Assembly (NCBI RefSeq): GCF_004010195.1
Contig: NC_057720.1
Location: forward strand, 11,906,543 to 11,970,542
Reading direction: 5' to 3'
Length of the DNA: 64,000 nucleotides
Origin: Chiloscyllium plagiosum
Taxonomy: Eukaryota
Part shown: positions 1-13,169 of the stretch, piece after piece
Position numbering within the stretch: the first letter of the stretch is position 1
How the letters are laid out: every line of letters begins with the position of its first letter
Notes under the pieces: model-generated
What the model saw: only the letters and a program-made list of their open reading frames with translations
Told to the model about the DNA's origin: nothing
The model's database searches: none
Position numbers and translations under genes: made by a program

Positions 1-179
1 CCCCACCCTCCTCTAGCTTATCTCTCCACGCTTCAGGCTCTCTGCCTTTATTCCAGACGAAGGGCTTTTGCCCGAAACTTCGATTTTGCCTGTCCTCGGA
101 TGCTGCCTGAATTGCTGTGCTCTTCCAGCACCACTGATCCAGAATCTGGTTTCCAGCATCTGCAGTCATTGTTTTTACC
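1..179 (+). mobile_element. Penelope family A 3' end / pseudo-LTR
   Basis: Similar to the 44141-44300 end; degenerate core ccagacga-agggcttttgccc-gaaac. Confidence 0.8.
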
Positions 180-635
180 AGAATGCTGCCTAGTATGGGA
201 GATTTTAGTGATGAAGAAAATTTAAAGCACTGGGTTTGTTTTCATCGGAACACAGGAGGTTGAAGGGCCACCTAATAGTTTACAAGATTGTGAAAACATG
301 GATAGAGTGGAAATTATGAGGACTTTTCCCAGGGTGGAGGGGTCAATTACTAGCAGACACAGGTTCAAGGTGCGAGGGAGATTTAAAAGAGATGTGAGAA
401 GCAAGCTTTTCACACAAAGGGTAGTGAGGGCCTGAAATGCGTTGCCAGAGGAAATGGTGGAAGCAGACACAACAGCAGCATTCAAGAAGCACCTGAACAA
501 ATTTATGAATAGGAAGAGAATGGAAGGATATGGATCCTGTAAGTGAAGACAGTTTTAGTGTGGAAGGACAAAATGTGTCGGTGCAGGCTTGGATGACCGA
601 AGGGCCTGTTCCTGCGCTGGATTATTCTTTGTTGT
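180..635 (+). mobile_element. CR1/HER LINE 3' fragment
   Basis: CR1 ORF2 end (ttttcacacaaagggtagtgagggcctgaaatgc) and 3' tail gaccgaagggcctgttcc. Confidence 0.85.
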
Positions 636-2379
636 TCCCAAAGCCCCCATCAATTAGCACTTCGCACACGAGCATATAAAAAGCGCAATTTGTGCAAATG
701 TTTTAATCAATGTCTGAAGTACTCTTCGTGTACCAGAAACATTACTGATATTTTCTTTATTTGGATTGCCGTCAATGACAGAATTCACAGCATTAGCCCA
801 TTTCCCAAATGGCATCTATCCACAAAATTCACAAGAAACAAACGTTCAGACATCCAACACAACTGGCACCGATTCAACAAGTCCATTTGGAGTGACCTGA
901 AGAATACAGTGTGGGAAATTGAAATCTCCATCTTGGCAAGAGACAAGGCGTTTTTTTTTTAAAAGGAGGGGCTGGATTGAGAAATTCAGAGCAGTTTTTT
1001 CATTCTGCTATTGGATACAATGCAGGAAATCATTCCAGGCTCCTGCAGTTTTCACTCCTCTCTACAGTATGCAAGCACATCAACATCAATGAATGGCGGA
1101 GTGGACTCGATGGGCCGAATGGCCTTACTTCAACTCCTATGTCTTATGGTCTTATGTATAAGATATCTGGGGAAGAGAAAACAGCATCAAGTTAACATCT
1201 GACAACGTTTATTGCCAAATGTTATTTTCAAAATATAACAACCTTTCCTACATCACTTGTATCTTTCAGAGTTTTCAAGAACTGACTGAACCTCCAACAG
1301 GATGGAAAATCCGAATGTTCGATCATGAACATGATTCATCAACAAGACTCTAAGGCTGTGCTACTGAAATGTAACTCCATTGTGTCTATTAAGTCATCAC
1401 CGTGAAACAGATGCACACTCGTGCTGGGTTCTTGATATATGGATCTCAAAAGTAATATTTTCTTTGTGGAATAATGTAGCCAGAGAACTGTGAATAATAG
1501 GCATTTTAAGTGGCTGTTGCTGTTTAAAAAAAAAGTTGGGGAATTCTCATCAGTACCCTGGCAACATATATCCCTCAGTCAACGGCAGTAACATTTTCTA
1601 TAACAATAATTTACCTATAAAAGTAATCTTCTTGTTGCAGGGCTCTTTTAAATAGAGTACAGTTCTCAAGGAGCTGCCCTTTTTCCAAAATTAGATGCTT
1701 GTAGCTGTGAAAGGCTGGGGCTGCCACACTTTCCTTGTCGATGTTGGTTAATATCCCTTCCTCTCCTAAATGCTGTTCAGTTACACCAACAACTTGTATT
1801 TACACATAGAGTCAGAGATGTACAGCATAGAAACAGACCCTTCAATCCAATTAATCCATGCCAACCAGACAGCCCAACACAATCTAGTCCCACCTGCCAG
1901 CACCTGGCCCACATCCCTCCAAACCCTTCCTATTCATATACCCATCCAGATGCCTTTTAAATGTTGCAATTGTACCAGACTCCACCACTTCCTCTGGCAG
2001 CTCATTCATCTTCATTAGAATAAAACATCCCAAGATATATCAGTGAAGCATCACAGGAATCATGTGAAAAGGCCTTTAGGACAGAAGACCAAAACCTTGG
2101 TTTAGGAGATGGATTTTAAGGAATGTCTTAACTGAGGAAAAAGAGGAAAAGGGAGGTTTAGGGGGAGAAATCCGAGAGCAATTGAATGCTGCAGTGATTA
2201 CCATTGGCTAGACAGACAGAACATGGAGAAATGTACCAGAGGAAGTTACACAAATAGGGAGGGAGACAGACCATGGAGAGATTTGTAAACAAAGGCTTCA
2301 GTTTCCCATCCTGCAAGCTGGACCACTCCGCTCTGAAATCAGAATGCTAGAGATTTTTATAACTTTGTGCATTATTGAG

Positions 2380-3990
2380 GGGGAGAGAGGAGGTTCAAAA
2401 TACAACAAAGAATCAACATGCAGGTACAACAAATGATTCGGAAGGCAAACTGAATGTTGATTATTGCAAAGGAAAAGAAATAAAAAAAGAACTGGGGAAG
2501 CTCTGCGACATTTGCACGGAATGTTGGTGTGACCACATCTAGAGTACTGTGTAGAGTTTTGGATACAGTTCCTTTGGAAGCAGCTCAGAGGAGATTTATT
2601 CAATTGATTCCTGGCATGGCGAGGTTAGCTTATGAGCACAAGTTGGACAGGTTGCCTGTATCCATGGGAGTTTACAAGAACGAGAGACTATTTTAACATA
2701 AAAGATCCTCAGCGGGCTGATTGGCCAGACGTTGAGAAGACTTTTCGCCTTTTAGAAAGATCAGAACCAGGGCAGAGTTTAAAAATAAAGGTTGTCCCAT
2801 TTAAGACAGATGAGGAAAATTTGTGACGGCTGTTGAATTCTCTTTCAGAGAGAATAATGGAGGACAAAGTCATTTAATATTGTTAAACCTAACTTAGATT
2901 CTAGTAGACAGGAAAGTAAAGCTGAGGCCAGTCAGATCAGTCATGACCTTACTAAATGGCAGAATACAGACCAGAGCTATTTAGACCCTCTTGCTCTTAC
3001 AAAAGGAGGGGACTGGCTCAAGAATATTTCCCAGATGCTTCAATGTTCCCATGTGCATTAATCCTACAATATATGGCAATATACTTTATCTCAAAGCTAC
3101 CAAACTAACTCTATGCACTTTAAGTGCAATATAATATCATGTCATTTCACAGGAACATTCAAATAAATCTCGATCCTGAGCCACGGAAGAAAATATTAGA
3201 GATTTTAGAAAGAAATTCCAGAACAGAATATTGTTGTCAGCTACCTTCCTTAAAACTCTGGGGTGTAATCCATCTGGTCCAGGTGATTTATCCACCGTCA
3301 CACCATTCAGTTTTTCTAGCACCTTTTCCTTGGTGATAGCCACCACACTCAGCTCTGCCCCCTCACAGTTTTGAATGTTTGGGATATTACTTGTGTGTTC
3401 CACCATGAAGACTGATGCAAAGTTCAGCTTCTTAGCCATTTCCTTGATACCCACTTATCTCTCCAGCATCATTTTCCAGCAGCCCAATGTCCACTTTTGC
3501 TTCTCTTTTGCCCTTTATACATCTAAAGAAGCTCTTACAGTCTTCCTTTATATTACTGGCTATCTCACCATCATATTTAATCTTTTCCATCGGTTTTGCT
3601 TCATTGCCCACGAATGGTCTTGGTCAGCTTTCCAATCCTCTGGTTTCCCACTGCCCTTTGCCCTTTCTCTTTTACACGTTCCTGATTTCCCTCGTCAGCC
3701 ATAGTTGCCTCATCCGCCCTGTACCATGCTTCCTTTTCCTTGGGATGAATCACTGCTGTGTCTCCTAAATTACTCTCAGAAATCCCTGCCATTGCTGTCC
3801 CACTGTCTTTCCTGCTAGGCTCCTCTCCCAGTCAGTTCTACCCAGCTCCTCCCTCATAGCTCTGTAGTTGCCTTTATTCAGCTGTAACACAGTTATCTCT
3901 GATTCTATATTCTCCCTCTCAAACTGCCTCCTCAGGGTTCCTTCACCTTAAGCTCGATTATCAAGTCTGCCTTATTGCACAACACTAACT
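2380..3990. mobile_element. CR1 fragments (about 2380-2965 plus; about 3225-3990 minus)
   Basis: KSPGPDGLHPRVLR motif in ORF 3137-3454; gaccacatctagagtactgtgt. Confidence 0.8.
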
Positions 3991-4387
3991 TACTTATATC
4001 GTGGAAACAGGCCCTTTGGCCCCAACAAGTTTCCACCGACCCGCCAAAGCGCAACCCACCCAGACCCATTCCCCTACATTTACCCCTTCACCTAACACTA
4101 TGGGCAATTTAACATGGCCAATTCACCTAACCTGCACATTTTTGGACTGTGGGAGGAAGAACGGCTTATGCCCGAAACGTCAATTCTCCTGCTCCTTTGA
4201 TGCTGCCTGACCTGCTGCACTTTTCCAGCAACACATTTTTCAGCTCTGTGGGAGCACCCGGAGGAAACCCACGCAGACACGGGGAGAATGTGCAAACTCC
4301 ACACAGACAGTCGCCTGAGGTGGAAATTGAACCGGGGTATCTGGCGCCGTGAGGCAGCAGTGCTAACCACTGTGCCACCGTGCCGCC
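3990..4387 (-). mobile_element. HE1-type V-SINE
   Basis: tRNA-like head (ggcacggtggcacagtggttagcactgctgcc), central tgtgtggagtttgcacattctccccgtgtctgcgtgggtttcc, LINE-like tail. Confidence 0.9.
4156..4247 (+). mobile_element. Family A fragment inserted in an HE1 SINE
   Basis: ggcttatgcccgaaacgtcaattctcctgctcc... flanked by repeated ctgtgggag. Confidence 0.8.
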
Positions 4388-4464
4388 CAGTACTGCCTGT
4401 TTCCTAGTGAACTGCATCAGAAGCTGCTCCAAATAGCCATCTCGTGGAAATTCCACAAATCTCG

Positions 4465-5470
4465 TGGACAGAGTGGTGATAGAGAAGTGTTTTCAGACTG
4501 GAGGCCTGTGACCAGTGGTGTGCTGCAAGGATCATTGCTGGGTCCACTGCTTTTTAATCATTTTATGTAAATGATTTGGATGTAAATACAGGAGATATTG
4601 TTATTAAGTTTGCAGATAACACCAACATTGGAGGTGTAATGGACAACAAAGGAGGTTACCTCAGAGTACAATGGGACCTTGATCAGATGGGCCAATGGAC
4701 TGAAGAATGGCAGATGGGGTTTAATTTAGATAGATGTGAGGTGTTGCATTTGGGAAAGCAGGGCACGACTTATACACTTACTGGAAGGACTCTGGGCAGC
4801 ATTGTCAAACAAACAGATCTTGGGGTGCAGGTGCACAGTTCCTTGAAAATAGAGTCACAGGAAGACAGGGTGGTGAAGGCAACATTCGGCACGCTTGCCT
4901 TCATTGGTGAGTGATTGGAGTATATGAGTTATGGGGTCATGGTGTAGCTGTACAGGACACTGTTTAATTCTGGTCTCCCTGCTTTAGAAGGATGTTGTGA
5001 AACTTGAAAGGGTTTAGAAAAGATTTACAAGAATGTTGCTGGCACTGGAAGGTTTCAGCTATACGGAGAGGCTGAGGTTGTTTTCCCTAGAGTGACAGAG
5101 GCTGAGGGGTGACCTTATAGAGGTTTATAAAATCATGAGGTGCATGGATAGGTTGAATAGGCAAGGTCTTTTTCCCACGGTAGGGGAGTCAAGGCTAGAG
5201 GGCATAGGTTTAAGACGAGAGAAAAGGATATAAACAGGACCTAAGTAGAAACATTGTCACACAGAGGGTGGCATGTTATGGAACGAGCTGCCAGAGGAAG
5301 TGGTTCAACAACATTTAAAAGGCATCTGGATGGGTATATGAATAGGAAGGGTTGGGAGGGATATGGGCCAAGTGCTGGCAATTGGGACTTGATTAATTTA
5401 GGATATCTGGTCGGCATGGACCAGTTGGACCAAAGGATGCATTTCTGTGCTGTATAACTGAGTCTATAAC
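4465..5470 (+). mobile_element. CR1/HER LINE RT and 3' end, degenerate
   Basis: KFADNTNIGG...DLDQMGQWTEEWQMGFNLDRCEVLHLG; tail shared with HE1. Confidence 0.92.
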
Positions 5471-8016
5471 TACAGACTGAGGCCAATGGTCATTAAAATT
5501 CAAGTGCGCAAGAGGCCAAAACTGAAAGAAGTTTTACGGGGATTATAAAAGCCCGATGTTAAGGACAGTGATTAGGCAGAGGCCACAGAGGGAATGGAAA
5601 ACATGAACAAATGCTTCAAAGTCTGGATACTGCTTCACAACCAAGTGCCAAAGTAAGTCAGTAGATACAAGTGAGATAGGTAAGCCCAACTAATCATGAT
5701 TTCGGGCACAAGCAGCAGAGTTTTGAAGGCTCTTGGTCCAAGGCAATTAAAGTCGATTTCAGAGCGTTACAGCTCACAATGTGCCATTAGTTTGAAGGAG
5801 TTGGTCAATAGACATTGTTCTTCACCTCTCGATCCAAAACTTCTCAATGCACATGTATACAGACAAAACAGATGTTAATTTCATGTGCCGGGAAAGAAGG
5901 AAAACACTTGCACTTACATAGCACCTTCTACCAAAACAAAAGAGCTGTGTAACTAATTGTTCTTGGAAATACTTTTGCAATGAGGAAGAAACAGCAAGTT
6001 CCCACAAACAACAATGCAATAAATTAGAACAGCTGGGAACTTCTTTAAGTTGTCAATTGATCAAAAGTGTTTTGTTCTGGACACCTCTGCTGTTGTTTAG
6101 AGTGCCATGGTTTTTGTTGCCATATCTATTAGAGAAGGAGAGATGGGGATTTCTATGATTTTATCTAAAAGATGGCACACCCAACAGTGCAGCATTCCCT
6201 CAATACTGCACCAGACCTGATTCAGACTTCGAGTCTGCTATTTATTCAGCCATAGTTAACACATTATTTAACGGGTTCACCTCAGGTAGAATGACTTGGC
6301 AAAGGCATCAGCTTTAACACATGAAGTCTGTAACTAATTCTTATCTGGACTCAGTCAGGCTTGCAATGAAATATTTTCTTTTCCCTTTGATTTTCTTTTT
6401 GCTTTTCTTGCTTCAAGGCTTTTAAGCCACCCGCTAAGCACTTTGAAAATAACAACTGCAAAGCAGGAACACAGCTACCAGCTGAGGAGTCCTGGATTTA
6501 ATCAGGAATTACTTGTTTTAGTTTACAGTCACCCTGTTCAGAGATGTTATTACACACCTCTGGAGCAAGTGGGAGAGGAATTCAGGCCTTCCGGGCCAGG
6601 GGTAGGGACACTACCACTGCACCTCTGGGCAGCCTAGGAATTGGTTGCTACTTGTTACTTGGTCCAAGGCAATTAAAGCCAATTTCAGAGCATAACAGCT
6701 CACAATGTGCCATTAGTTTGAAGGTGGACACTGCAGTCAGACTGTGGATCCCAAACCTATCCAGATGCTCACAATAACACAAAGGTTATGCGTTCAGGTC
6801 CCACTCCAAAAATATAGGAACATAATCCAGTGCAGGCATTCCTGACAGAAACCATCCAAAGCCCTAAATCACTCAGAGATCATTCTGCACACTATTGCTT
6901 CACATTTGTGGAGGATTCCTGTGCACAAACTGCCTGTCAATTTGCCTTCATCACAACACCAACTACACCACAAGCGCACTTCAGTCGTTAAAAGTGCATT
7001 AGGACATCCTGAAGTCCAGAAAAGTGCCTTTCTTTCCAGACCGATGTATGTAAGCACCCCTTCGCAGTGTATGAAGTTAGTTCAATCAGTCTGCAGTGGG
7101 ACCTCAGCCTCGGTTCTGAAAAGCCAAATGTTTTGAATACCACACCTTTAACAGAGTCAACGATGGATGGAGCATGCCCTACCTCCTGAGGCTCGTGAAA
7201 GCCACAGATTCGCAAATACAACCCGAGGGCCAGCACTTCTCAGGGAAAGCGGTGAGGTTGAGAAGCAGAGTCCTTCACGGTAACCACAGCTGGTGGAGGC
7301 TTTTCTCTGCATCGCAGCAGTCCAACCAAGCGACCGAACCGGCCCCTTCGGAGGTAACAACATGGTCTGGCAGTTGGGTGGACAGCTGGCTCGTGATGCA
7401 GAGTATTGCCAACATGGGTTCAATTCCTGCTCGGGCCAAGGTTACCGCGAAGGACTCTCCCTCTCCTTCACCGGAGGCAAGGTGAGCCTCACGTTAAGCC
7501 AGTATCAGTTGTCTCTCTCTCTCTCTCTCTCTCCCTCGCTCATAAAAGAGCAGCCCTGGGGTCCTTTGGAATCATAACTTCAGAGGCAACAACAACGTGG
7601 ATAAGGGGTTTGGTAGAAAAGCTGAGATAGTGCGATGTGCCGACACAGACATAACCAAACTGCTTTGATGATTGATAGTGGGTTTGCAGCTCAAGATAAG
7701 GGAAGCCACCAGGCTATCTGCAAGGCCAGACTCAAAACAAATAGCAAGGTGAGCAGGAGTGAGTAACAAGTTGCAGAGGTTAAGACGCTATTTTTAAAAA
7801 GCTGCAATTTCAATTAGGAAAGCCATCAATGATTTTGTGTTAAATATTCAATAATAGCATGGAAGTGGTCATGGGGTCAGAGAAATGGAGGATGGTTAAG
7901 ACTTAGGTTAGTAACCTATGTACAAAAACTGATACCAGGTGCTGCCTGTGGTGTTCAAGAGAGGCATTTGGAAGGGACAATAGAGGAATTGTGTATCTGT
8001 AAAACAATAATTCAAA

Positions 8017-8345
8017 GGCAGCACAGTGGCTCAGTGGTTAATACTGCAGCCTCACAGCGTCAGGGACCAGGGTTCAATTCCAGCCTCGGGCAACCATCTG
8101 TGTGGAGTTTACATACTCTCCCAGTGTCTGCCTGGGGTTTCCTCCGGGTGCTCTGGTTTCCTCCCATAATCCAAAGATGTGTGGGTCAGGTGAATTGGCA
8201 ATGCTCAATTGCCCATAGTGTTAAGTGCATTAGTCAGGGATAAATATAGGGTAGGGGAATGGGTCTGGGTGGGCTACTCTTTGGAAGGTCAGTGTGGACT
8301 TCTTGGGCTGAAGGGTCTATTTCCATACTGTAGGGAATCTAATTT
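8017..8345 (+). mobile_element. HE1-type V-SINE
   Basis: Full head, core and tail. Confidence 0.9.
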
Positions 8346-9558
8346 AATTTAATATATTAAAAAAACGCAAAGCTTTTCACTGAATATATATTGCAGAATC
8401 ACAAAACTTGCCTTTATATAGTACCTTTAACATTATGGGACATCTTAAGTCACTTCACAAGAGTATAATGAAACAAAATGCAAAGAAATTCCAGTCTGTA
8501 CTTGAGTAGCTATGTATATGTACTGCATTCAAGATGTGGCTTTACTGCCACCTTGTGGTAAAAGGACAGCATTATCAAACAGAAGGAGAAATTGCTGCAA
8601 AATTCAGCATCAGTGGGGAGAAATCAGAGGTAAAGTTTCGAGTCTGGTGACTCAAAGCTTATGTTTTTGTTTCAGATGTCTAGCATCTGCAGTTCTTTGT
8701 TATGTGACAGCATTATTATGTTGAACATATAAGGTCCGAAGAAGGGTCACTGGACCTGACATGTTGTGTTTTCTCATCACTGACACTACCAGATCTGTTG
8801 AGTTTATAGAGCAATTTTTTGTTTTTGTTTGAGATTTCCAGCATCCGCAGTATTTTGTTTTATTACAGCACGATCAAGTTATCAAATTTCTTTCAAAAGA
8901 TGTCCTGGCATTCTACAATGCAAACACCATCATGTTTTCAGTAAACTTAATATCTGCCTTCTAATTTTCTTTGTGCTTGACAGAAGCACAGATTCCTTTG
9001 TGCAGTTTCACAGCTGCTGGCATCTCTTGCACCTCACCCATCCAGCTATTATTCATAGAACATTACAGCGCAGTACAGGCCCTTCAGCCCTCAATGTTGC
9101 GCCACCCTGTCATACTAATCTGAAGCCCATCCCACCTACACAATTCCATATACGTCCATTTGCCTGTCCAATGACGACTTAAATGCACTTAAACTTGGCG
9201 AACCTACTATTGATGCAGGCAAAGCATTCCATACACTTACTACTCTCCGAGTAAAGAAACTACCTCTGACATCTGTCTTATACCTATCTCCCCTCACTTT
9301 AAAGTTGCGTCCACTCGTGTTTGCTGTCCCCATACTGCATTCTCTGGATGGCAAAAGAAATGGACATTGCATAGAAAGATAGGGGTGTAGCACTAGTAAC
9401 AAAAATAGAAAATGCTGAAAAACTCAGCAAGCCTGACAGCATCTGGGGACAGAAAGCAGAGTTAACATTTCAAATTCTGTGACTCCTCTTATTCTTCAGA
9501 ACTGGTGAACCAATGGTGGGGTGATACTGTCACTGGATGAGCAGTCCAGACAATCAGA

Positions 9559-9918
9559 GTGGTACTGGAATCGCACGGCAGGTCAGGCAGCATCCGAGGA
9601 GCAGGAAAATTGACGTTTTGGGCAAAAGCCCTTTTCCTGCTTCTCAGATGCTACCTGACCTGCTGTGCTTTTCCAGCACTACTCTGATCTAAACCCTGGT
9701 TTCCAGCATCTGCAGTCCTCACTTTTGCCTAGTCCAGACAATCAGATTAGTGCTCATCGGGCTCAAATTTTGGGCAAAAGCCCTTTTCCTGCTTCTCAGA
9801 TGCTACCTGACCTGCTGTGCTTTTCCAGCACACTCTGATCTAAACCCTGGTTTCCAGCATCTGCAGTCCTCACTTTTGCTAGTCCAGACAATCAGATTAG
9901 TGCTCATCGGGCTCAAAT
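9559..9918. mobile_element. Palindromic family A element with a 152-bp tandem duplication
   Basis: Inverted arms; 16-bp flanking repeat agtccagacaatcaga (9543-9558, 9731-9746); 9616-9767 repeated at 9768-9918. Confidence 0.85.
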
Positions 9919-9986
9919 CCCACCACAGAAGCTGGCAGAATTTTAAATCAGTCAGTCAATCAATGGAATAGTGTCAGGCATAAATA

Positions 9987-10309
9987 GGGTGGCACGGTGG
10001 CACAGTGGTTAGCACTGCTGCCTCACAGCACCAGGGTCCCAGGTTCGATTTCAGCCTCAGGCAACTGTCTGTGTGGAGTTTGCACATTCTCCCCGTGTCT
10101 GCGTGGGTTTCCTCCGGGTGCTCCAGTTTCCTCCCACAGTCCAAAGATGTGCGGGTCAGGTGAATTGGCCATGCTAAATTGCCCATAGGTTAGGGCGTTA
10201 GTCAGGGGGAAATGGGTCTGGCTGGGTTACCCTTCGGAGGGTCGGTGTGGACTTGTTGGGCCAAAGGGTCTGTTTCTACACTGTAGGGAATCAAATCGAA
10301 TCTAATCTA
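9987..10309 (+). mobile_element. HE1-type V-SINE, nested in an older tRNA-derived SINE
   Basis: Full consensus with (aatct)n tail. Confidence 0.9.
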
Positions 10310-11039
10310 AAACTCTGATTGCCCTAAGTGCCCATCTTGTTCATTATTGTTCTTAAGGGAAGGAAACCTGCTATTCTTATCTGGGGCCTGGCTTACAAGG
10401 GATTCCAGAACCATAGAAATGTTGCTGACTCTGAACAGGCCTCTGAAATAGCAAACCACTCAGTTCAAGCATAATGATGATGCATTGGACACACATCTCC
10501 AGAACAAAAATTACCATGGAGTGATCATAATTAAGCCTAATCTGATATTTACTGGAATACAGTGTATCAACAATTTGAGACATGGCACAAGCTAAGTGCT
10601 GTGTGGGCAAGAACAACCAATGAATTTGGACTGCTTGCAGATAGAAACAGAAGTTAAAGTAAGCCTTTCACAGCCCATTCACCTTCAACAGTCAGGATTG
10701 CATCTGATCAACTACCTGAATATTTTCGCACACTACTCCTATATCCCTGGACGTTATTAATATAGAGAAATGGAGGAATTTGTCTTGAAATTACTCAAGA
10801 ACTGAGTTTTAGAAATCTTTTGGGGTGTGAATTCCAAAGATTCTCTGTGTGAAGACATTCCTCCTCATTTCAGCACTCAATGGGTTGCCTCTGAGGGAGG
10901 GTCACCGGACCCAAAACGTTAACCCTGATCTTTCTTCATAGATGCTGCCAGAGCTGCTGAGCTTTTCCAGCAACTTCTGTTTTTGTTTCTGATTTACAAC
11001 ATCTGCAGTTCTTTTGGCTGCCAAGAATTAGTCTGGCAA

Positions 11040-13095
11040 CCTTGGGAGCACTCACCCTATAGAAAATACATTCCCACTTAGGTAAGGAGCCCATGGCTGC
11101 ACACAATACTCAAAGTGCAGCCTCACTAAGGTTCTATATAACTGAAGCAAGTATTCATGACTCGTATCCTCTTGTGATAAAAGCTAACACACCATTCATC
11201 TTCTTAACTGCATGTTAGCTTTCACAGACTTATGAACAATTTTATGGAGCAGGCTAGATCCCCTCAAAAACACCTCAAGAAGGAAGCCTAGACCCTAACT
11301 TTGCTGGTTGTTTTAAGCAGGTGTAAGGTGGATACTCCAGGAGTGATGCAGCTGGTCAAACCACTTAGTTTTAAACAAAACAGAATTTATTTACAGACTA
11401 CCGAAGGAAACACAAGCAAAAGAAAACAGAATTTAAAATAACCCCTATTTGAAAGCCCGACCAACACGATATCCCCAACAACTTAAAGAACAACTCGGAT
11501 TTCCTGCAACATCCCATAAACACACTCCTTGGCAAAAAGGTCAATTCAAGCACAGGTTCTTACAGGAGAGAGAGAGAGAGAGATGGCAGAGAGGATCAGC
11601 GAGGGATCGTTGGCAGAATCATGGAACCTTTTTTCCAGCAGCTTCTCAGAGTCCCCAGCTAAAACTAAACCAAACTAGAGATTTCCCTGGACTGGGAGAA
11701 CTGGCCCTTCCCCTTTCATTGTACAACTGCTTTTTAAAAAATCTAAAAGCCCTTTTATCTCATTGTTGCCCTAGGCAGTATCTGTTAACCATTATAAAGC
11801 GGCCTAAACCCAGACAAATCAGAACCTCTGCCTTTTACAACCTCTTTTGAAATAAACCAAGGAGAACATCACCTTGTTAAGGGAGCAGCACTGTCACAAT
11901 GAGCACACCCATGCCCCTTTGAACGTTCCAACCTTTCACCACTGAAGTACTCAGCACTCTGTTCTTCCTGCAATGTGGATATACACATGATATTCTGTCT
12001 GCAACGTCCTTGCCCACTCACTTGAAGCTTCTGCATTCAACACACATTCCTATCAATTCTATGTCAACCACAAACTTGGAAATGTTTTAAAACAATTCAT
12101 TCTTGGGATGTGGGCTTTGCTGGCTGGCCCAGCATTTATTGCCTGTCCCTAGGTGCCCTTGAGAAGATGGAGGAGAGCTGCCTTCCTGAACCTGAACCGC
12201 TGCTCTCCATGTGCTGTAGCCTGACCCACAATGCTGTTAGGGAGGAAATTGCAGGATTTTGACCCAGTGACAGTGAAGGTACAGCAATATATTTCCAAGT
12301 CAGGACGGCGCGTGGCTTGGAAGATGATCTGCTGCCCTTGTCCTTTGATATGGAAGTGGTCATGGGTTTGGAAGGTGCTGTTCAAGGAGCTCTAATGAAT
12401 TTCTGCAGTGCATCCTGTAGATAGTACACACTGCTGCGGCTGAGTGTCAGTAGTGGAAAGAGTGAATGTTTGCAGATGTGGTGCCAATCAAAGGGACTGC
12501 TTTATCCTGATTGGTGCCAAGCCTCTTGAGTGTAATTGGAGCTGCACCCATACAGGAAAATGGGAGGTATACCATCACACTTCTGCTTATTAAATATTAA
12601 GTTCCCATTATCTAAATCAGTGATTAAGATAATGAACAGTTGAAGGCTTTCTGGCCACCAGACAGAGCCAGTCAACCTGAGAATGACCAATTTATTCCTA
12701 CAGTTTTCTTTCCATTAACCAATCCTCAATCCATGCTAGTATATTACCCAGTACCCCACATGCTTTGTTTACCAATTTCCTGTTTGGGCCTACACTGAAG
12801 CCTTCTGAAAATCCAAAAGCACCACATTTGTAGGTTCATCATTATTTAATCTGCTAGCAACCTCCACAAAACATCTATTGTGTCAAAAAATGATTTCCCA
12901 TTCATAAATCCATGTTTACTCTGCTCTATCAGATCATCGTTTTTCAAGTGTCCAGTTATGTTATCCTTTTAACAGATTCAAGTATTTGCCCTATTATTGA
13001 GGTCAGGTTACCAGTCTGTAGTTCCCAATGAGCTCTCATTCCTTTCTTAAATAGTGGATTACATTTGCAACTATCTAATCCATTGGTACCATTCC
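11040..13095 (-). mobile_element. Old CR1 RT fragments interrupted by an LTR-like insert and another repeat
   Basis: gccttctgaaaatccaaa, atttcccattcataaatccatg and similar CR1 signatures. Confidence 0.65.
11240..11898 (-). mobile_element. Related solo-LTR-like element
   Basis: Minus strand starts TGTGACAG and shares ccagctgcatcactcctgga.tatccaccttacacctgc and the aataaattctgttttgtt block with 18994-19324. TSD unclear. Confidence 0.7.
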
Positions 13096-13169
13096 AAAAT
13101 ATTTCCAGAATAATTCTGGAAGATTATTAATGCATTCACTCTTTCTATAGTCACTTTTCTTTTAAGAAT

